This document shows positions 58,904-64,000 of a stretch of 64,000 bases of DNA, in pieces; position 1 is the stretch's first letter, and each line of letters starts with the position of its first letter. Origin of the DNA: Lentisphaeria bacterium UBA1732 (GTDB lineage Bacteria > Verrucomicrobiota > Lentisphaeria > Victivallales > UBA1829); assembly GCA_002315855.1 (NCBI GenBank), contig DCIG01000049.1:63576-127575 (forward strand), written 5' to 3'. The notes under the pieces were generated by a model that was not told where the DNA came from, ran no database searches, and was given only the letters and a program-made list of their open reading frames with translations. The position numbers and the translations under genes are program-made.

Positions 58904-59310
58904 GCTTGTGTCTCCTCGTGTCTTGAATGTCGCCGCGCCGCGTTGCTCTTGATGACGGTCGCGCCATTGTTTTCTTCCCCCATAGACACGCCCTGTTTGC
59001 AATTTGTTCCCGCTTTTCTGTTTTTTTCCGCATTTTCCGGACATTTCCCCTCTCAGGCTTCAGATTCCTTCTTCACTCCGCCTGAAAATTGAGAAGAATC
59101 TTCAAAATACTCTTGCAAAAAAAGATAATCGAATGTAAATTATTGGACTTAACGGAAAGGTGTCCCCGCACCATGAAAATAATCACATCAAGTGTCTTCT
59201 CTTTTGAAGAATTGATGAAGGACAGCCTCTTGTATGCAGACCTGACGGGTTGGATTCAGGAAGAAATCTCCCCCGACAGGTAATCCGTCCCATCTTTCTC
59301 CTCTACTCCC

Positions 59311-60759
59311 ATGCAGTCGCCGAGCCTCCGACATTCCATCCTCCAAACGCTTTTCCCCCCTTGCTTCGGGACGAAACACGCCTCGTCCTCGTATTGGATT
59401 TGGCTTGCCGTGATTGCGCTCATGATGTTTCTGACTGCCTCGCTCCCCGTCTTTTTCCATGGCGATTGGAGTCTCCTTGCGCGTCCCGACAGTGCCGGAT
59501 ATTACGAACCTGCCGAATCCCTTCTGCAAACAGGCTCTTACGCGATGCAGGACGGTTCGCCTGCTGTTCAGCGTCCTCCCGGGTATCCTCTTTTCCTGCT
59601 GCTGGTGCGTTTTTTCTCCGGCGGCAGTCGTCTTTGGTACAGTCTTGCGGGTGCGTTGCTGGCCGCCTTGACGCTGTTTCCCGTGGCGGAGTGCGGCAGA
59701 CGTTTTGCCGGATGCTCGTCCGGACTCTTTGCGGCCTTGTGTTTTGCCTGCAATCTCACGGCCGTTGCCAATGCCCCCCTGATTCTTGCCGACACACTGC
59801 TTGGGTTTGTCTGCGCGTGGCAGACTTTGCTCCTCGTCATGACCTGGCGCACCCCTCGTCTTTCCCGTTTTGCCGCGGCTTCCGTCTGCGCGGCGGCGGC
59901 TTCCTATGTGAAACCCGTGAACATGCTGTTTGCCCTGCTTGTGATGCCGCTTCTTGCCATCCTCATCTTCCGCAATTGGCGCAAATTCCTCATTGCCATG
60001 GTTCTTGCGTGGGCCGTCTTTGCCCTTTGCACTGTCCCGTGGATGACTTGGAATGCCCGCCGCGGCGGCGATTTCTCCATGGACGGCAATTCCGGTCTGA
60101 CCGCCCTGCACAACACCTCTGCGATTCTTGCCCTCGCTGAAAACGCCAACGGCGATGACGTTCGTCTCCGCTTGGAAACCGAGGCCGCTCAAGTCTTTGC
60201 GCAGTCTCCTCACACCTGTTCCACCGTCCATGCGCGCAATCAGTGGTTCATTGCCCGTTATCGGGAAGCCGTCTTGGCGCACCCGTCTGCCTTCTTGCGA
60301 ACTCACTTCGGGCAAATCTGGATTTTGCTGCCCGACTTGCCTTCCTGGCTCGAAAATTTCGGTCTCACCTCCGGTGGTCGCGGCACGCTTGCGGTCTTGA
60401 GACGCGATGGCATTGCCGCCGCGGTCTCTCACTATTTCACCCCCTCTCCTGCGGATGCCTCCGTCCCCTCACTCTCCGTCCGGACTTCCTCATTCATCGT
60501 TGTTTTGGGCCTGTTTTTGCTTTTCATGACGTTGCAGCTGTATTGCGGATGCGCGATCGGCTTTTGTTTCCTGATTTGGCGCAGACACTGGCGTACTGCG
60601 GCATTGTTCGGGCTTCCCGTCCTGTTTTACCTGATGGTTCCCGGTCCCGTCCTGATGCCGCGCTACCAAATCCCTGCGCTCCCGTTTGCCTGCACCCTGT
60701 GCGGCGCGGTCTGGGCGGCTCTGCTCCGCCGGAAATGCAGGACTGCACCTCAAATTTAA
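59311..60759 (+). CDS. Polytopic membrane glycosyltransferase (GT39/ArnT/PMT_2-like).
   Basis: 482 aa with about 10 TM helices. The N-terminal loop DSAGYYEPAESLLQTGSYAM...RPPGYPLFL is typical of ArnT/PMT-like enzymes. Confidence 0.6.
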   Translation: MQSPSLRHSILQTLFPPCFGTKHASSSYWIWLAVIALMMFLTASLPVFFHGDWSLLARPDSAGYYEPAESLLQTGSYAMQDGSPAVQRPPGYPLFLLLVRFFSGGSRLWYSLAGALLAALTLFPVAECGRRFAGCSSGLFAALCFACNLTAVANAPLILADTLLGFVCAWQTLLLVMTWRTPRLSRFAAASVCAAAASYVKPVNMLFALLVMPLLAILIFRNWRKFLIAMVLAWAVFALCTVPWMTWNARRGGDFSMDGNSGLTALHNTSAILALAENANGDDVRLRLETEAAQVFAQSPHTCSTVHARNQWFIARYREAVLAHPSAFLRTHFGQIWILLPDLPSWLENFGLTSGGRGTLAVLRRDGIAAAVSHYFTPSPADASVPSLSVRTSSFIVVLGLFLLFMTLQLYCGCAIGFCFLIWRRHWRTAALFGLPVLFYLMVPGPVLMPRYQIPALPFACTLCGAVWAALLRRKCRTAPQI

Positions 60760-60787
60760 CTTTGACCTTGTTTTTGGAGATTTTGAC

Positions 60788-62941
60788 ATGTCGAAAATGA
60801 ATGGTGGTTTCACTCTTCCCGGAGAAGCCGGATACGAAAAACTCACGCTCGAACTCGCTCGCAAATGGGGTGCCGATGTCATACGCGACAGTGATGGCAC
60901 CGTCTTGTCCGATGAGATTTTACATTCCGGCTATGGCATTTATTCCACCATCTGCATCATCCGCGACCACAATGAATGGGCGAAGAAAAATCCGGACAAA
61001 CTTCAGCAGACCTTCCTCATCACCCCGCCCGAAGTCGCCGTCTCCGACACCCTCTCCATCGACCTCCTTGCCGGATTCTTCCGCGAACAGTTCTGCATCA
61101 ATGACTCCTGGGACTCCATGAAATACTGGCAGGTCTGGGACAGAACCGTCAATTCCGAGGTCGTTTTCGATTCATGGGACTATGCGGACGGCATCGTTTC
61201 CATCCGCCGTGCCGTCCCCTTTCACAAATACACCGTCAGCTTCATGGCATACCGCGTGTGGGAGGAAATCTCCATGTACAACCACACCACCAATCATTGG
61301 GACAAAGAGCATCTCATGCAGCTCGATCCCCGCCACGAAGCCGTCCGCACGTACCTGAAAGAATGGCTGATTCACTGGTGCGAAACTCACCCCGCCGCTG
61401 CAGTGGTGCGATTCACCTCGCTTTTCTACAATTTCGTGTGGATTTGGGGTTCCGATGCCCGCTGCCGCAATCTCTTCACCGATTGGGCGTCCTACGATTT
61501 CACGGTCAGTCCGCTGGCGCTTGACGAGTTCGCGCGCCGTTACGGTTACAGCCTCATTGCCGAAGACTTCGTCAATGGCGGCAAATTCCACGTTACACAC
61601 TCCCCCTGCAATCAGAACAAACTCGACTGGATGGAGTTCGTCAATGACCTCGTCGTCTCGTTCGGTCGCGAACTCATTGACATTGTTCATCGCTTCGGCA
61701 GGAAAGCCTTTGTCTTCTACGATGACAGCTGGGTCGGCATGGAGCCTTACGCCGCACGCTTCCCCGAATTTGGCTTTGACGGCCTCATCAAATGCGTCTT
61801 CTCCGGCTACGAGGTTCGCCTGTGCGCCGGCGTGAATGTCCCCGTCCATGAACTCCGCCTCCATCCCTATCTTTTCCCCGTTGGGCTGGGCGGTCTCCCC
61901 ACGTTCATGGAGGGCGGGGATCCTGCACGCGATGCCCGCAATTACTGGATTCATGTCCGCCGGGCCCTCCTCCGGGCGAAAATCGACCGTATCGGTTTGG
62001 GCGGCTATCTCCATCTCACACAGGGATTTGACGGTTTCTGCGATTGCATCGAAGAGATTTCCGACGAATTTCGCACCATTCGCGACCTCCACGAAGCGGG
62101 TGCCCCCTGCACCTTGCGTCCCCGCATTGCCGTCCTGCATTTCTGGGGCAGTCTCCGCTCGTGGTCGCTCTCCGGACACTTCCATGAGACATACATGCAC
62201 GACCTCATCCACATCAATGAAGCCCTTTCAGGTCTCCCGTTCGATGTGAAGTTCATCAGTTTCGATGATGTCCGCCGTGGTGTTCTCGCGGATGTCGATG
62301 TCGTCATCAATGCAGGACGCGCCGGCAGCGCATGGAGCGGCGGCGATGACTGGAATGACGAATCTGTCCTCACCGCTCTCACCGGATGGGTCTGGCGCGG
62401 CGGCGTCTTCCTTGGCGTGAATCAGCCATCCGCCGCCCCCGGACACGATACCTTCTTCCGCATGGCGCATGTCCTTGGCGTGGACGAAGATACCGGCGAA
62501 CGCGTCTGTCACGGACGCTGGCCGTATCAAATCACTCCTCCCCCTGCGGATTGGATGCCCTCCGGCAGTGTCATCCACGCGCACCCCGGCATTTACCTCA
62601 CCGACAGCCGTACACAGGTCTTTGTCGCGGAGAACGGCACCCCGGCTTTCACCGTCCACGACTTCGGCAGGGGACGCGGCATCTATTGGGGCGGCTTTGA
62701 GGTTACTCCCGCCAATACCCGCCTGCTCATGAATACCCTTTGGAGAGCTTCCGGAGAAACCGGCCCCATCCCGTATTCGACCGACAATCACAATACCGAA
62801 TGCGCCTTCTTCCCCGCCCGCAATACCCTGGTCGTCATCAATAACACCCCCGCTCCTCAGCACACCTCCATCCATACCCCGTCCTCACCAATCGCATTGG
62901 ACCTCCCCCCATACGCCTCCCGAATCCTCCCCCTCAAATAA
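60788..62941 (+). CDS. 1,3-beta-galactosyl-N-acetylhexosamine phosphorylase (GH112, GNB/LNB phosphorylase).
   Basis: GGFTLPGEAGYEKLTLELARKWGADVIRDSDGT..., HKYTVSFMAYRVWEEISMYNH, and VVRFTSLFYNF align by eye with my recollection of Bifidobacterium LnpA. The length is about 718 aa from the ATG at 60788. Confidence 0.85.
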   Translation: MSKMNGGFTLPGEAGYEKLTLELARKWGADVIRDSDGTVLSDEILHSGYGIYSTICIIRDHNEWAKKNPDKLQQTFLITPPEVAVSDTLSIDLLAGFFREQFCINDSWDSMKYWQVWDRTVNSEVVFDSWDYADGIVSIRRAVPFHKYTVSFMAYRVWEEISMYNHTTNHWDKEHLMQLDPRHEAVRTYLKEWLIHWCETHPAAAVVRFTSLFYNFVWIWGSDARCRNLFTDWASYDFTVSPLALDEFARRYGYSLIAEDFVNGGKFHVTHSPCNQNKLDWMEFVNDLVVSFGRELIDIVHRFGRKAFVFYDDSWVGMEPYAARFPEFGFDGLIKCVFSGYEVRLCAGVNVPVHELRLHPYLFPVGLGGLPTFMEGGDPARDARNYWIHVRRALLRAKIDRIGLGGYLHLTQGFDGFCDCIEEISDEFRTIRDLHEAGAPCTLRPRIAVLHFWGSLRSWSLSGHFHETYMHDLIHINEALSGLPFDVKFISFDDVRRGVLADVDVVINAGRAGSAWSGGDDWNDESVLTALTGWVWRGGVFLGVNQPSAAPGHDTFFRMAHVLGVDEDTGERVCHGRWPYQITPPPADWMPSGSVIHAHPGIYLTDSRTQVFVAENGTPAFTVHDFGRGRGIYWGGFEVTPANTRLLMNTLWRASGETGPIPYSTDNHNTECAFFPARNTLVVINNTPAPQHTSIHTPSSPIALDLPPYASRILPLK

Positions 62942-62962
62942 TCCCATCCCCCTCAAGAAGCA

Positions 62963-64000
62963 TTACATGGCATTCAGGGGATTTTCGTATTCAGGGATGT
63001 GGAACTCGGCGGGCGGCACTCTGCGGTCATTGCCCGAACAGGCGCAGACGCACCGGAACAGTCGCCGCGCCATTTGGTCCAGTTTGAGGTTGACGCAGGG
63101 GAAACGGCTGTTCCGTCCGCTCATCATGCACCCCTCGAAAAGCACGTCATGATGATGGATTCGCCCCTCGCGGAGACCGTCCTCCGCATACTCCGTGAAA
63201 TACGGATGGTCCATCAGAACGCCCAGCCGTCCGCCCTCCTGCTTCGCCTGCGCATACTCTTCCGGCAGGATTTTGAGGTAAAAATGCTCCATATCCTGCT
63301 CAGAATGACCGAGGACGTACTCCGTGTGCGGGATGTGCCGTGTCAGCTCATTGGAGCCGGTATCGTTCCACAGGGCCCCGTACACCGAGAAATGCCCGTC
63401 ATCCCGCCGGATATGCACGAACCGGGTCGCCCCCCGGCTGAGCAGGTGAATCAGGGCGGACAGTGCCGCCTGCTGGGACAGGATGTTCAGCGTCCCCGGA
63501 TGAGGTGAACCGTGCAGGGACACGCAGGTGATCCGCCTCGCCGCTCCCCCCGCCACCGCCTCTGACCTCGCCTCACCCTCCGCTGACCTCGCCTCACCCT
63601 CCTCTGACCTCGCCGCTCCCCCAGCCGCTCCCCCCGCCACCGCCTCGCCCTCAGCCTCACCCTCAGCTGACCTCGCCTCACCCTCAGCCGGCGGCACCGC
63701 ATCCGGGCACGGGATCAGGATGTCATCTGAGGTGAAATGAGTGTCATTTTGAGCGTATTCCACCTCAAAACAGGGGATTCCGGCATTTTTCAGATGGTTC
63801 TTCAGGTAGAAGAGCAGGTACTCGAACTCCGTCGATAACTCTTTCTGATTAAGCAGGATAACGACACGTTTTACACTGTTTTCCGAAAGAAGTCCGGACG
63901 AGCGAAAAGTGAGGTTAATCTGAGCTCGGCGACCCGCATGGCAGACAATACAACCGCGCTGCCGCAGTTCCTGCATCACATTCAATGCCGTAACCTGTGA
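62963..64000 (-). CDS. Transcriptional regulator, sugar-binding (periplasmic-binding-protein-like) domain type. It is partial: the N-terminal wHTH probably runs off the right edge.
   Basis: The frame stays open upstream of the TTG at 63985 to the window end (SQVTALNVMQELRQRGCIVCHAGRRAQI resembles the end of a GntR-type wHTH). The body resembles the effector domain of a LacI/AraR-like regulator and is interrupted by an EGEARSA repeat insertion. Confidence 0.45.
   Translation of the reverse strand, partial: SQVTALNVMQELRQRGCIVCHAGRRAQINLTFRSSGLLSENSVKRVVILLNQKELSTEFEYLLFYLKNHLKNAGIPCFEVEYAQNDTHFTSDDILIPCPDAVPPAEGEARSAEGEAEGEAVAGGAAGGAARSEEGEARSAEGEARSEAVAGGAARRITCVSLHGSPHPGTLNILSQQAALSALIHLLSRGATRFVHIRRDDGHFSVYGALWNDTGSNELTRHIPHTEYVLGHSEQDMEHFYLKILPEEYAQAKQEGGRLGVLMDHPYFTEYAEDGLREGRIHHHDVLFEGCMMSGRNSRFPCVNLKLDQMARRLFRCVCACSGNDRRVPPAEFHIPEYENPLNAM
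63535..63690. repeat. In-frame GC-rich imperfect tandem repeats (about 21-bp units) inside the regulator gene.
   Basis: The core gacctcgcctcaccctc, preceded by tct, gct or gct, recurs three times. cctcgccgctcccccc...gccaccgcc recurs twice. On the minus strand they encode EGEARSA / AVAGGAA repeats. Confidence 0.8.

Noticed and set aside
56813-59092. A 759-aa plus-strand ORF spanning the DUF58 and MoxR loci.
   Set aside because: It is antisense to two genes with unmistakable conserved motifs (the DUF58 block and the MoxR Walker motifs). Its translation is Arg/His/Cys/Phe-rich with no recognisable domain, as expected for a shadow ORF in GC-rich coding DNA.
59089-59283. A 64-aa plus-strand ORF in the moxR / GT39 divergent region.
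   Set aside because: It has no convincing SD and no recognisable family, and it overlaps the repeat/hairpin sequence. It is kept only as an unsupported small ORF.

Overview
The window is a chromosomal segment of about 64 kb and roughly 50-55% GC, with visibly AT-richer patches. It is densely coded, mostly with housekeeping genes. By gene content it resembles a PVC-type (Lentisphaerota/Verrucomicrobiota/Kiritimatiellota-like) anaerobe, but that taxonomic guess has low confidence. All product calls rest on motifs I recognise in the supplied or self-made translations; no database search was possible.

Gene content, left to right:
- A PilM-PilN fusion runs off the left edge and is missing from the ORF track. 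It is followed by a secreted unknown protein, then secG, rng and fmt.
- A 0.75-kb ORF-free gap precedes potABCD and uxaC.
- Next comes an orphan HTH protein.
- smpB-dnaJ-grpE-clpB lie on the minus strand.
- A low-GC MscS-family gene follows, then a Fur-family (PerR-like) gene with rubrerythrin, and a PTPS/QueD-like gene.
- A DUF2235 (Tle1-like) lipase is paired with a Bor-like lipoprotein.
- groEL-groES-dnaK lie on the minus strand.
- A nucleotide-sugar operon (pmm, HAD, rfbB, rfbA, a 701-aa unknown, manC-like, manA) comes next.
- A low-GC glycan cassette holds a beta-propeller-like protein and a GT2 glycosyltransferase.
- A tight minus-strand string reads purH-like, recD2, GSCFA, asnB.
- tmk-holB-trmO-ispH follow on the plus strand.
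- A DUF2339 plus DUF3999-like pair comes next.
- A MoxR-DUF58-(BatD/DUF4381-like)-VWA operon lies on the minus strand.
- A GT39-like membrane glycosyltransferase and a GH112 galacto-N-biose/lacto-N-biose phosphorylase follow.
- A GntR/sugar-binding-type regulator runs off the right edge.

I recognised no rRNA, tRNA, CRISPR array, transposase or integrase.

Most notable non-obvious signals:
1. Well-spaced sigma54-type -24/-12 elements, each with a shared upstream motif cluster (TGAGACA / GGCACA), sit in front of clpB and of dnaK-groESL.
2. An intergenic palindromic repeat family (GAGCTGATTTCAAA...TTTGAAATYAGCTC) occurs at seven or more loci, including a 163-bp MITE-like copy.
3. Imperfect direct repeats with a perfect 15-mer core bracket the MoxR/Bat operon.
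4. Tandem terminator-like hairpins carry a compensatory base-pair change.
5. Several uncharacterised gene pairs or modules are present: DUF2235 with a lipoprotein, the 701-aa secreted protein inside the sugar-nucleotide operon, and DUF2339 with a DUF3999-like protein.
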